The notes beneath the pieces are model-generated. The model searched no databases. It was not told the origin of the DNA and worked only from the letters and a program-made list of their open reading frames with translations. From positions 42,014,788 to 42,078,787 of the forward strand of contig CM120640.1 in NCBI GenBank assembly GCA_051362555.1: a DNA stretch of 64,000 nt, written 5' to 3'. Below are positions 24,644 to 41,479 of the stretch, in pieces (positions within the stretch are counted from its first letter, which is position 1; every line of letters starts with the position of its first letter). This DNA comes from Lingula anatina. Taxonomy: Eukaryota > Animalia > Brachiopoda. Made by a program: the position numbers and the translations under genes.

Positions 24644-26656
24644 TCAATGCCCCCTCATTCTTTCAGCCTGTAGTAAATTGTTGTGAAAAGCCACCATTTC
24701 TTGCTTGGTGCTGACTATTTTGGGTATAGTGTAGCAAGCCAGGAGACCGAACAGCAAGGCACTCCAAATATAGAAATACACTGAGCCAGTCCACTCCACT
24801 ATATATCCCATGAAAGAAGATAGAAGAACCTGGGAGAGATAATATGTGCTGTCTAGAACTGCAAAATCTGATGCTATGCCTCTTGGATTGTCTGTAAAAT
24901 AGATCTGAAAAAAAAATGTATACAATATCAACTAAAGCCTCTTAAAATATATATCATTCAATCAAATGCAATTTTTAGCAACTCAGTGCTGTCCCAAATC
25001 AGTTCATGCATTAAAATACGACATACCTCATTTTGTAATATAATATACACAAGGTTAAACATAACTGTTTTAACCAAATGTCAGGATGTATATTTGAAAC
25101 AGACCTACATTAAATAGGAAATGGAAAAAGAGAAACTAAAAAGAAAAAAAGGAAATGAAAAAGAAAAGGAATTATTGAAGAAGTACAGTATAAATTGAAA
25201 CTATTTCATAACTAAGATGACCTCCCAACATTCCCAAAATTGTTTCTTCACTCACCTCTTTATGTTGATGATACATAGACACCAGCATATATGGAATGGT
25301 GTGTATTGTGGCATATGCAAAACCTGTTATGGAAGCTGAAAAATTCACAACAACCACATATGGAAACTGCAACATTGCCACCATTGCAATGGAAAAAGTG
25401 AGGAGTCCAAACAAATATGTTACGGTTGTTCCATAAGCCACTACCAGCTTTTCGATAAAGTATATTCCATATATTCCTGCAGTGACGCAGTGCAAGAACA
25501 GTCCCCAGCTTGCAGTCCGAACCCCTTCATCATAAAGCATCTGCAGTATGGTACCATCCTCTGCATTGGGGTTTCCTCTGTATACCGCCTGACCAACAAA
25601 ATCCGAGAAAAACAAATTGAAGCCCATGATGGCGGTCCAGCTGCACATCATGGCCAACCAAAGTGGACGAAGAATAGGGGGAATGTCTATTATTCTCTGC
25701 ACAGTCCTAGGCAATTTTCTGTATATCTTTAGCCATATCATGTTCAGTAAGGACCTGCAGTTTAATAAGCACCTGTTTTTGAAAGGAGAAGTGCATTTCT
25801 CAACAGTGGCCACTATAGCAGTCTTTTGCGATGTTGAAATCAGGCCACTTCCATTGGCAAAGATCCCTCCATTCTTGAGTGATATTTTCTCCTGTGTTAG
25901 AGCTTCTCCTTCATCAGACGATGCACTGATCATACTTCTGTCATCTACTGACTGCAAGGGTGTTTCTTGAGCTACATACAGGGTAGTACACACTGACAGA
26001 ACAAACATCACGATGATTATAGTGAAAGCAATCTGTTCCTGACTTTTGAATAACTGACCCAAGATACTACCCTTCCAGTCTACAGCAGTGATAGAGTAGC
26101 CTATACAGCCCCCAAGGCTGACCATGGAAGAGTAGTATGTAAAGCCACGGTTAAACTGACCAGTGTATCTGCATGCATCAGAAAGCAGAGCCTCACAAGG
26201 ATTCATGCAAGATTCAGCAGCAAAGTCCAGCATTATAACCCCAAATACCAGCAAGGCTACCCCTACACTCCTCCCCCAGGGGGAGCCAGGGATTATAGCC
26301 TCTCCAAGATGGACTCCTTGAGGAATAAGAATCAAAGCCACAATGACAAACATGCTGAGCACAAAAATAAATGGACGTCGCCGTCCAAATCGACTTCTGC
26401 ACTGATCACTTGATCGTCCAATCAGAGGCACTGCGAAAAATGCGAGCAATGGGCCCATCCCTATGACATAGCTCATCTTGCTCTCTGAGATTCCAACCTT
26501 TAGAAGCATTGGTGGTATATACGTGAACCCGGCTGTCATGCTGAATTCCACACCACATGCTAGAGCATTCAATAATATCAACTGTAAGGAAGTCAGAGGC
26601 TGTTGCCTTGTTGACACGCATGTTCCACCAGAATCTGCATGCATTACATCCATCAT
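24644..26656 (-). CDS. SLC45A3: Solute carrier family 45 member 3 (prostein-like H+/sugar symporter), about 553 aa
   Basis: Coding exons 26656-25256 and 24904-24644 (1662 nt). Motifs GVEFSMTAGFTYIPPMLLKVG, SDQCRSRFGRRRPFI, LDFAAESCMNPCEALLSD, FFSDFVGQAVYRG, YDEGVRTASWGL and RGIASDFAVLDSTYYLSQV are closest to SLC45A3 as I recall it. An acceptor at 26877-26878 implies upstream UTR exon(s). Confidence 0.92.
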
Positions 26657-27927
26657 TCTGCACAAATGCAGCAAGGTTTATTCCAATATTGTGTTTTATA
26701 AATCCCTTCAAAGTTTTGACAACCCAAGCTGCTTTTCTTCATATTATTTCACCTTTAAATAGTAGTACATGCAAATTAAAGGCAAGCGATGATCATCTAA
26801 AGTGTATACTGATCAAGTTTTACTCGATTTCCATCTCCTCTCATTTTCCCACAGTTGTAACTGGGTCTTGCTGAGCCTAAAAAAGAAAAAAATATCCAAA
26901 GATAAACTAGGTAGTGATGATTCATGAGCAGTGTTATTCTTCCTGCATCAATAAGCAAAGATACATACAATAATGCACATGGGATGGCAGCAACACTTTC
27001 AGTGGCGTTAATTTGCAAATTGATGAGCCTTTGATGCATTAGGTGAAACCTTTGTGCCTGGCATGCTTGTATGACACTGAAAAATTGAGCTTTCCCCATG
27101 GCATCTTTCACATCAGGCATCTCAAAGAACATCAAAATGATGTTTTGTAGAGTTGTATTTACATTAGAATACAACTACCACTTGACTTGTCAGTCTTCAA
27201 AAAGATCTTGTCACATTCACAGAGCCTGCCATAGCAACATTAGACTTGCAGCTTTCCTCAAACTTCACTGCTGCATTAGCAGTGCTGAGATGAGTACAAT
27301 CAGACGAGTATAAATTGAATATATATCAAATTTATATCCAGAAAAACAGAGATACAGAGTCATTGGCTAAAACTCACATTCCATTGTTTGTCATGCCCGA
27401 AGCATTTTGTGCTGTTTTAGTATGTGCAATACAGTTTTACTAAACAGTGAAAAAAGCAAAACAATAACGCAATAATGTTTCTACACATGGCTTTAAGCTT
27501 GTTTAACAACTGGAAGTTGCCAAGAATTCTGAACATATCCACAATTTTTAGACCCCATTAGATATATATTATAGTAGTACCAAGTTTTGCAACTGAACAG
27601 TATGGCACTGTGAGTATATATCTAGTATATAAGGTATTCCTCCATATCATTTCAAACTATTTTTAAAATTGCAAGTGTTTTTTTTTCTTTGATTGATGAC
27701 AGCCTCAGATTGACAGTCTCATCAAACAGTAATCTTTGTTTGTTTTTCTTAAATCAGAATAATGATAACATGCATAATTAAAATGATAATTATCTTCAAC
27801 CCTAGTACTACAGTAACAATTTTTCTCATTATGATGTATGTACAGTAAACTATTATACATGTACCTCCCTTTTCTGTTATTAATGCGTGAACTCAGATTC
27901 AGAATTTACCTGTATATATGACCCCAT

Positions 27928-28125
27928 TCCCAGAGATTAGATCGATCCAACTAGATCAACCTAACTACCTGGGGGTTCACGCTAAATAGCTGTCAGCTGA
28001 GCGGGCACAAAAGTTAAATACACCCTTACAGCTTGTAGTAGGCAGGACGGACATTTAAGCCGGATTATCTGACAGTAATCTAGTGAGACTCCCCACGGGG
28101 ATAGATCGATCTAAAATCTATGGGA
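27928..28125. mobile_element. Degenerate MITE-like imperfect inverted repeat
   Basis: TCCCAGAGATTAGATCGATC pairs with GATCGATCTAAAATCTATGGGA; inner pairs are GGGGGTTCAC/GTGAGACTCCCC and CTGTCAG/CTGACAG. Confidence 0.5.
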
Positions 28126-28698
28126 CTGCTATGATATCAGTGTAGTATTTACCTATTCAAAATGAATCCTTACAGTCTATTGTTTACAGCCTGTTGATTC
28201 TTTTACAGCAGTGCAGTATTTAGTGGCTAATTATTCCCAGCCACTCTCTCGCCAATCATGTCTACACTGAACAAGCCCTGTGACATTTTCCTATTCAGAT
28301 TAAAAAAAACAAACAAAAAAACATTGAAAAAAAAAACGTGAATTGGGCAAAGAATTTAAATTTTCACAGAAATTCATCTGTAGATTACTAAACTGTAATC
28401 AAATCTTCACCTCAATTATGTTAATGGTATAACTTTTTGAGAGTTTTTAGATAATGGTTAATTGCTTAAAGTTATATCACTCCCAATATTTTACACCTGC
28501 AAAAATGGAATAGCATGCTCATTTCTAAACATATATTCCGGCCAGACCTAATGGACTAAACCAAGTACCCTAGGTTCTAGATTCCGGTATTGCCAGCTCG
28601 ATCTTGATTTCATATATAACCCATAGTAGCAATACCAGGCTCTAGCGAACAGCGGTAACTCGGGGGCGTTCTTCTTCAAAATTCTGCCTGGGGCGCTT

Positions 28699-28790
28699 CC
28701 ATATTTGGAAGTCACACGTCACAGCTGTGTCCGCCTGGATCCATATTTGGAAGTCATAAGTCTCGTACGTCACAGGTTTGGCCGCCTGGA
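28699..28790. promoter_or_regulatory. Duplicated CArG box plus CRE half-site module in a GC-rich, probably TE-derived island
   Basis: CCATATTTGG (CC[A/T]6GG) at 28699-28708 and 28741-28750, each followed by AAGTCA, ACGTCACAG and CCGCCTGGA. Confidence 0.4.
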
Positions 28791-30771
28791 GCTGCCTTTC
28801 CCGCCTTGCGCTGAAGTCTCGTGCAGGCGAGACAAGAAGCAATTAAAGTGCTTGACGCGGAGTTAGAAGTTTGAATTGAAAACATCTTGCAGTCGAAGGT
28901 CAGTGCCACAATACAAGCAACATTCTGCTGTAAAAAACTTATTTTCGTGTAGCCATTGCGCAGCCCTTATAGTGGTATCGGGCATACAGTGTAGCTGTCA
29001 AATTTGGCACATGGCAAGCACATGTATTGTGCACGTGTATATCTCAGGACTAAATGTTCTTTGATAAGCAAAAAATACAAAAACATTGGATATATCTTTT
29101 CTTTCCGAAGAATATTATTTATTTTTTCACTTTACATCTTAAATACAGCAAATAAAATTAAATAAAGCAGAATTAAGTTTGTTTTACGTTTTATTTTGGT
29201 CTGATGACATTCAACTGCAGATTCACTGCAAAGCAGTTATATTTGATTGACGGAAACCTAACATGGCCGCTGGTCTTCAGTGCTAGTAAAAGCGACTCCA
29301 CCACAAGGTATATTTAGCAAGCTAGCTTTTACGTTGCTCTGACACTCAGGGTAAAACCAAGTAAAATTCATCAAAAAATACTTTATGGTCCCATTTGTTC
29401 TTAATTTAAGGTATATATACCTCTGATAGTCTTCATCTTCCCAGTGCCATTCAGCAAAATGTTCTACTGATTCACAAATAACACAGTGACTATTATAATT
29501 ATTCAGGAGCCAAAGTTTACAGCTTATTAGTACAGGTGGAAAAATAGTATAATCAAACGACAACTTCCAATGCAGCTGAAACCATAGCAAGCCAGCTGAG
29601 GACATACCAGCATATGACATATGATATGCCAAAACCTAGAATTATTAATTTCAAGTGTCTCGGTATCAGGTGATCCCAGTTTGGATACCGTACTGCTTAT
29701 TGAAAATATTGGGAGGTTGAACACTTTTTAAAAGTTCTGTATTGTACAACTGCAACAGTTACTGATGTGTCAAATGTGAGAAAGGCCTTGGAAATTAATA
29801 AACTGATTTAGAAAATAGTTCCAGTTGTCTTTTACAGGATTTACTTGTCCAAAACCTGTTTTTCTCAAATTTAACTATAAGACTATGAGCCCACTTGAGG
29901 ATAAAGTACCAATATGCCTGCAAATGTTTCATCTCCTTACAATTCACTAAGACAGGTATTTCAAACAAACAAACAAACAAACAAACAAACAAACAAACAA
30001 ACAAACAATAAATTACCAACTACCACCCTAATTTTTTTCTAGGCAGTCAAAGCAACTGGAGACACAGCTTAACATTAGCAGTTTAGGGTATTTTCTTCTT
30101 GGCAAATATATTTATATAAGTCTGAATTCACTTTTAAAATCCTTAGGATGACAATGTTTGACAAAACCATAAAGAAATATTAAATTGCTTAATTTATGGA
30201 CATTTTGTTGAGTTCTTTTCATTAGACAATCCCACTCTAACATATAAATTTCATATCAGAAACCTTCATGTGCTGTGAAATATTAATGATAATTTCATAT
30301 TTGAATGGCGCAGAGAGATAGGCAGAAAAAGATTGCATGGTTATGCTAAACCATTTGACTCTCAAAATTGCTATAGATATTTTTAATGCTGTTCAAATAT
30401 CAATACTTGATAAGTTAATGAATAGATAAACAAGCCAGTACAGCTGATAGATGGACAGATGCTGTTGATCAGTTTAATCAATGAGTGATCCTTGTGAGAT
30501 TGAAGCAAAATAAGTAGTAACATTGCTTTCTAGTATTGAGATGACAAGAAATTTGCAGGGCTACAGCAATGATGAGAGACAGAGAGAGAGAGAGAGAGTG
30601 TTACTACTATAACATTTATCCATTTCTTTATTATGTACAGACACAGTACTGTAAATAATAGAATTAATATTGTTATAGCAGTATACTAGTACACTATATG
30701 TTCATTCTTAATTCATAAAATTTCAACTTGGTGACCTTCAGCCTGAACAATTTTAGGTCTAAGGTGAATTG

Positions 30772-30804
<33 letters not shown>

Positions 30805-33800
30805 AACACTACTACTACTACCACTACTACTACTAGGTACACCAAACTTCATGACTTGGTAGAGGTTCTCGTCATTTTCATATTTCTTTTGAATCATACT
30901 TACTGTAGTTTCTGGTTATGTAGAAAATGTTCAGTATTTCCTGTAATATTATGTATTCAAATCTCCACAAAGCATCAGTTACTAGCTCCACAGGATCCAA
31001 GCATTTATTTATTGTCCATTTCAAGTGCCTGAATTTGTACATTCTTGTTGCTTTCAGCTCTTCATCAAGTGTTCAATCAATATGGACAATAGTGTATGAA
31101 AAGTCACAAGTAAAGAGCTGTGAATACAGTCTTGTTTTCTAAATGCGTACACACTGGCATTTTTTATCTTCTAGATTTTGGCAAGGGTTTGTCTTGCATA
31201 ATCAAATGACACAGCAAAAGAATGCCAAGGTGTAAGGCAAAAAGGTTCTGTAAGGCAAAAAAACTTACCTGGGATGTCCTGTTTTATCAGTCGGCCCTAA
31301 ATATACATTGTTTAAGCTTAACAAAGCAAGGCAATATGCCAGGTATTTAACTAGCTGGCTGCAATGCCTGTACTACCATATATTGTCATGTTTGCCATTC
31401 AGCAGATGTCGTACCAGCATCTTCAGAATTATGGCTGAGTAATGACGTCTAAATCCTGCCTACCTCATACAGACAGGATGTTTTACTTATATTAATAAAA
31501 AATAATAATCCCAACAGACCCAGCATACATCCACATGTGCAGTTCAAACATATCGTTTTATTTTAGCAAAAGAGTAGAAAAAGATGAAAGGAAAGAAGGA
31601 CAATATTGATTTAACCAAACTGTTGCACAACAACCTAGTTAGATAATGAACAATAAAAATATAGCTTCTCGTTTTCATGTATTTATCTCTGACACTAAAA
31701 TCAGAATAAAGTATTCACCTGGATAGCATCATTCCCTCAAGAAGATACTCAAGACAGGCACAAAATATTGGAGGTAAAGCATTTCAATATAAGCTGTTGA
31801 TTGAAGAAAAATTACTTTATTCTTTTGACATAGGCTGATGAAATTCTTCTCTGACATGTCATTCAGTGATCATTTTTATTTTCAAATTCAGCTGAGATCA
31901 CTCCGTTCTTGTAAGTCAATATGAAAACAGTATAGACCATAACCCCCAGCCAGTTTAAAAAAAAATCTTATCAAAAAGTTTTATGACAGAAAAAAAAATA
32001 TTCATGTTAGAGTAATGCCAGAGCAGAACTATAACTTACAGAATTCTCTTCACATTTTCTTCATCTCTCCCACAGATCATGGTTAGTAGAATATCAACAG
32101 AAAGCACTGACCAAGGTGAAGAAATCACGTCCAATATTGTTAATCTCTCAGAATAAGCAAAGCAATTACATCACCAACTGATCCCTGTGGTGTGTTCTCT
32201 GGGCCATATTTCACACTGGTCAGCCATTCTTGTCTTTCAATATGTTCAAAACGCTTACAACTTGACGTTTGTATGTAATAATAGAATCTCTTTTCACTGT
32301 AAACATGCAGTTCAGGAGTGTTTTGGCAAGAAGTGACCAACCAAGTTACAAATCAGAGGCCAAAGAGTTGGGACTTTTAAATATTGTTATTATGTTTGCT
32401 TGATGTTTTATCCTTAATAAAGACTTGAAGTCAGCCAGATGTCACTAACCTCTGCCTAAATTGCTTGGAAAAATTGCCAAATCATCAGTCACCCTCAGTC
32501 TAAACCAGTATGGGTATATTAAAAAAATTTTGGGAATAATTTTAACAAATAATGCAAACTTCAAATAACGCCAAGTGGGAATTTATACTGCAGTTACAGC
32601 AGCAGAGATAAATTGGACTTCTATGTCACCAAGATTTTATTTTCCAAATTTCCACAAGGGCAAGGAATGCACAGAAAGTAGTCATAAGTTACAGAAATTG
32701 CCCAACTCAAGTATTAAAAGCTTCCACCCATGACCTAACAATAGCAAACTGTACAGAGTAAACACTTGTCGGGAATTCACATCAATGAACCCACTGTGTG
32801 GACAAACCAAAACCCTGGGCTACTAGAGACAAACACCAAATCAATCCAGACAAGACAATAAACGGTTTACTGTTAAGGACCAGATGTCTGCTTTCTGCTC
32901 TCTCCAATGAAAATAGGTGTCCAGACTCCAGCTATGCACTTTTAAACTGAAATATACACACTACTATTATTAATTCACTGTTAAATAATATTTCTATCCT
33001 ATCTACTCCCTGCTTCCAAAAAACTAAACTTTGAGATCAATGAGTCAAAGGCACATGCTAGTAAGGCTATATTTCTGTAATCCCTTTTTTTTTTTAATTT
33101 CATTACAGGAGTAGCTATAATTAACAGAGCTGTTATTATTTATCATATATATACATTTTGAAGAAAAAAGTGGGACATGATATTTTACATTTCAACTTGA
33201 CTATATTTTAGGACTGATTCGTTGATAAAAGTAGAAAAAGATTGTCTTTTTTGAAACATATGATTGACTTTTTTATCATCCTTACTGGCAGGGTTTCTAT
33301 CTACAAAAAATAATTCACTTAAAATTAATACCTGGATTGACAGGTTTTCCTCCACATGGTGACAGACACATGGTAGGATAACAGGGTTACCATCTTGAAA
33401 TTAAAGCAGAATTGTACACCAAAGTGTTATTACTGTATTTGATCATGTATTCTTTATTCATTGCTTTTGTCTTCTAGATATAACAATGACTGCAATCAGG
33501 GCAACCTCCTGCAAAGTTGGCAGCAAAGGGATTGTATATATCTTGTCGTAACTGCTATGTGAGTTCAAAAGAGAGCAACAAAATTATGTGTGCAGCAGTG
33601 AATATATTTTAAAATCTATTTCAATATAATGTTACAGAAATAAATTGATTTTAAAACTAAAACCTTATTTTATACTGAGAAGACCTATGTGGCATGATGA
33701 AGTCGTACTTTATAATGTCAAACCATACTAAGCCAAGGAAAGTTTTTTTTTAAATCATAAATATGGATTTGGGAGTAATTCATATCAAGAGCTTTCAATC

Positions 33801-34052
33801 AGAAAAGAACACTATCATGATACTGTATGTCAACTGTCAGCAAGAATCCTTAGCTTTTCTGCAGTTTGCAAGCTGTTCTGAGACAAAAAGATATATGGGT
33901 AAAATAAGCCATGCCGGGAATATCAAGAAAATCTTTTCCACACTGAGTGACAAGCACGCTTGAAATATGAGTATATTTTGTTCATTGTACAGGTGCTACA
34001 GGCGTAAAATTACACAAATAGAAGCACGTGATACTTGTCAGTTTGTAACAAG

Positions 34053-34560
34053 CACGCTCAGCTGTCACCTTGATTGGATAGTAAACGATTGTCGTAAAAT
34101 CGCTAAATGATATTAAAATCCGGTGCATAAACTTGAAAACCACCTAGGACAACCTTAGGCTGCCACATTAATCCAATACAACGCAAAAATAAACTATAAC
34201 AAGTGGTTAAAGCCTTCAAACCGAATGTCGTAAAGTCCCCATATACCTCCATAGAGACAATAAAATAGAATGAGCTTCTGAAACAAACCTGATCCAGTTC
34301 CAACAGAATAATCGAAATAAAATACTGCCGGGCATCGGAGCGGCCTAAAACTTGGCACGCTTACCGCTAATACTGCAGGCTACATCATCCCGTCGCTCGT
34401 TTGTAAATTCCGTGCATAGTTTATTTTTGCGTTGTATTGGATTAATGTGGCAGTCTAAGGTTGTCCTAGGTGGTTTTCAAGTTTATGCACCGCATTTTAA
34501 TATCATTTAGCGATTTTACGACAATCGTTTACTATCCAATCAAGGTGACAGCCGAGCGTG
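34053..34560. mobile_element. MITE with 145-bp TIRs and 8-bp TSD (P- or hAT-like)
   Basis: 34053-34197 is the reverse complement of 34416-34560 with 3 mismatches. Termini CACGCTC...GAGCGTG; TSD GTAACAAG at 34045-34052 and 34561-34568. Confidence 0.93.
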
Positions 34561-35177
34561 GTAACAAGTAACAATGACTAGGCAATTACTAGTAATTGTT
34601 TCTTAATCATTTTCAAGTTGAACAATTAAATTTGTAATATATAGTATTATGAGTAATAAGTACAGTAATATTATGAACTTACTCTACTACTCTAGCAAGA
34701 GTAGAGTTTAGGATCCCAAAAATGAGAGAATACCTACTAGTTAATAAGTAAAACTGACAATACTGACACAGCCAATCTCAAGACTTGTACCTTGGTTTGG
34801 TTGGACGTCAGTCCTTTTTCTTATTCCACTCACTTCGCTTGCTTCTTACGCATCGCCAATCTGTTCACACCCTGCTTAACTTACAGTACACAGCATCTTG
34901 CATATCCTCAGCAAGTGAAAACTGAAATACTTGTACTCGATACTAACGTGAACCGTTTCATAGTTTATGGGTCATTTAACGTTAGTATTCCTGTTTTCAC
35001 TAAAAAGAAGACACGTTGATAGAACCATAATGATAATAATGTTTATTCTCAAGTTTTTTTTACCCAGTTACTAGCCATTACTCTTTCAGAACGAAACACG
35101 GGAGTTTCGGAATATTGATTACATTGGCTCCACCTAACGTTTGTTAAAACTTGTTTTGGTCATTACAGGTTCAATTC

Positions 35178-37633
<2,456 letters not shown>

Positions 37634-37976
37634 TAAACTAAACAGTTGTTATCTAATTGAAGAAATATGAAATAGGTAATGAATTTGGTTGATTTAAAGT
37701 AAAATATTCATGTACACCCAATATTAAATATCATGATACTGCTGCAGTAGTTTGGAATGAAAATTAACACTTTATATGTAGGTTTATATAGAAAAAAATA
37801 GCTACAGAGCTCAAGTTCATGTGAAGATATTGTAAAATACAAACAATTTTTATCTAACTCAGTTTTTTAATTGCTCTAATTTGTGCCACTACTGGTCTTT
37901 TTAATCAATATTGACATGTATTGATCTTGTTTTACTTTAATTTATTTGTTATATTTAATTCACAAAAAAATCTTAA

Positions 37977-38090
37977 TGGGCGGTGTGATCATTGTTATGA
38001 AAATTTATTTGTGAATTCATTGATAAAATTTTGTGGGCGATGTGATCATTGTTATGAAAATTTATTTGTGAATTCATTGATAAAATTTTG
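37977..38090. repeat. 57-bp tandem duplication in the HTATIP2 3' region
   Basis: TGGGCG(G/A)TGTGATCATTGTTATGAAAATTTATTTGTGAATTCATTGATAAAATTTTG occurs twice with one mismatch. Confidence 0.9.
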
Positions 38091-39555
38091 TAAGATGAGA
38101 GTACAGTAAGTATTTAATTTTATTTTAAGCCTATAGCATACATGTACATATCTTTTGGTTTTGTTCCACACATTCCCATCAGGACATGACAACAAACTAT
38201 ATGCTACAGTGTACAAAGTATCAGGGATTGCACAAAATGTTGTGGGACCTTGTCATTCAGAGTCTTATGTTTAGTTAGTTTTGTCTACGTGATTATACAT
38301 GAATACTTATTATACATATTCAGGGAAAATGAAATGTTTTATCATTATAACTTGTTATTCATTGAAATGCAGTTATTAGCATCCCAGTTTCACATTTCCA
38401 AATTTATTATGCAATGTAACTTTTCTATTTTATTGTATTTTAATTGCATGAAGACACTTGAGCAGCATGTGACATGCACCGTCATTGTCTTTATTAATAT
38501 GAATTGCAAAAGGAATTATAATACCAATTATTAGATTTAAAAGCTGTTATATTTTAATTACATATTGTGATCTGCTGTGATAAGCATTTCTACCTAATGT
38601 ACTAGAACCTAACCTACTATGCAGTCTTCTCAGTATCTTTTCTATTTCATCGTATTTTATTTGTTGTGAAGCACTTAAACAGTGTTTTATACAGTATTAT
38701 TGTGACTTATGGAAGTATTTTTTTTTTTTTACAAAGAGAAATAAGTCATAATACCATGTATGTCTTCATTGTCTGATTAAAAAGATCCTGTATACATGAA
38801 GTGACTCTCAAATTAATGATAAACCATTTACAATGTTGACTTTACAGATACCATTTAACTCTGTTTAAACAGTACCTGGTATAAAACAGACACATTTTTG
38901 TTACGTTGGTAGTGATGTTTATTTTTTTATAATTGCCTAAAATATTGTCTCATGATTAATATGTTATAGCCCACTTGTGTTAGATAACTCAATAAATGGT
39001 GAAAATGAAATTCACATCAATATTAAGGAATGTACACAGTATATAAAGATGTACTAACCCTGTACAGTACCAATACATGTCTATTGGTTGAAGAAAAATA
39101 ACTAACTTACATATGTAAATTACGTAGTGTGTGTTATAATTCATATATGTAACTGTTGTTTTTTTTTAGAATTGTTTCATCTTTATTTTTTCAAACCACA
39201 CATGCAGTTTTAAATTCTTTCGAGCTAGCTATTTTTGCAAGGACTGTTTCGCGATATAACAATGGCGAATGTGTTACATGTGACTTGGGTCACGGCAAGG
39301 GCAGGTGCGTGGACGAGTCCAAGTACTTGTGGGATCTACTCGCTTCTTCGCATTATTATCTTGACTCTCGCTGGATACAAAATTTATATATATTTACGAA
39401 TAGTGTACATTTGTTACCATTTATTATATCTTAGGCTGTTAAAATAGCTATGGAATCTTTAGTGCAAGATATACTTTCGTAAAAAGGGTTTTTAAATACC
39501 CCATCTTCCCTTTTGGTTTTGTTTACTCTCCATCACAGCGAGGCGGAAAAGCATC

Positions 39556-41409
39556 ATGGAGAAGGCAGCGAAACACATCCGCAGGTAAAATATTATTTTC
39601 ACCTATATATTTAAAATATTTTAAATCGGTGACATCAGGTGTTAAAGACTGTGGAAACATATGAGTGAGGTAGATAATAAGGGGTTTTTATTTATTTTCG
39701 TCTGCATTTTCCCTGCAGGAGCGGTGTGAAGTTGCTCTCTCTTGGTGGTGGCCACAGCGAGCTGAACCTGCTGATATCAGAAATGAAAGATGTCCGAAAT
39801 TCTTCCAAAAACTTTATGAATGCCCAAACGACTGGTGAGTTATGCTTAAGAACATATATATTAAGACGAAGTATTATCCTAAGTTTTAACGAAATTTGTA
39901 TTTTGGTGTAAAGCAGTCCGAGCTGAACTGAACAATGAATACAGTCGTAAATGTTTGTTTTGAGATGACGAGTTTTGTGTTGACAGACTCCGCGTCCTTG
40001 GAAATACCAAAACCCAAGCCAAATCAAGCTTTGTCTCTTCTAATCTGCAGGGGTTACTTAATTTCAATTAAAGAATGATTTTATCAATGTTTTTATTGTC
40101 ACTCGAGTTTGGCTTTGTGTTAGAAAGTGATATGATTATTATACCTAGCAGAGTACTAGCATGATAATGAGGTGTGAAATGATACTAAAAGAAGATGTGA
40201 TTTGCACTGTTTGCATGCTAAAATCCTTATCACTGGAAGTAATTCATATAGTTATTGCTATTATTAGGAAACAGCTACTATTATTATGAGAATAAAGTGA
40301 ATGTTACGAGGCATGGAAATTGCAAAGGTCACTATCTCTTTGTGTGAATACATATGATAACTTGACAATGACATCGTTTAGTTTTTTATTTTTTAAAAAT
40401 TTAAGCAAAATATTATGTTTCAGTCAATTCTCAGAGTATAATATGGATGGTGTGAAGGCAAATAAATTGAACATAACTGGTTCTTTTAGCAAGAATCTAT
40501 AAATTAACTTGGATGATAAAATTGATTGTGAATGGCATAAAAGCACTGTCAGTCCATTGGAAGTCAAATCTTACTTGGGTCAAAAATTTGTTTTCATTAC
40601 CTGTGAGCTCTCAAATATATCCTTGCATTAGATATGGCATGGAATTGGCAGGGGAATTGGGAAACAGCTACTTACACCCGAAGTATCATAGACATTTCTA
40701 CATAAAAGATTTGGTGATATCACCTCTTAGTAGGTCCTCTCAAAGCAATAATATGGCCATCTGGTTAAATTGTTAGTCAAACCATGTTGAGGGTTCCTAT
40801 TTTTGAAGTCAAATTCTTATCAACAAATTAAACAGGAATATCCATGTGTTGACTAGTTTTCACTTGTTGATTATCATGTCCTCTCTTTTTTAAGCCTCTC
40901 AATACCTTACTAAGTGGGCAGCACGTGAAGACAACAGAGCGATACAGGTAAGAACAAAACTGGTCTTATTGAGTTATTTACTAGTAACTGTATATCTTAT
41001 ACTGCCTATGATATCTTAATAGCTGCCCTGGAATACTTTGTACCAGTCAGACAAACGAAAACTGTCATGTGACACTTTTTGATGACCATGGCTCTTTGAC
41101 CAGGTTATCGGGGGACTGCCTTAATTAAGATTGTTGATGTTTTTTAAAATATTAAAATAACTTCTGCTTTTGAGAATTGCTCTTCTTGAAATTCCTAGTT
41201 GTTGAGGTCTGGTTTATCAAATAACCCTGAGATACTAACACAAAAAATGTGTGTATCATTTCTTTCATTTCCCCAAACAATGAAATGCAATTCTTTTGAA
41301 TGTTTCAGGATGTTTCCAGTCAAATGGAAGAATTAAACATGTTGTGGACAGAAGCTCAGAGGGAGTTTGCAGGTATCTTATTTGCAAAAAAAGTAGTGAA
41401 CTTATAGAA

Positions 41410-41479
<70 letters not shown>

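Noticed and set aside
28847-29725. Kolobok-like MITE (TTAA|AGTG...CACT)
   Set aside because: The TIR match is too short and degenerate, and the right-hand TTAA is not cleanly placed.
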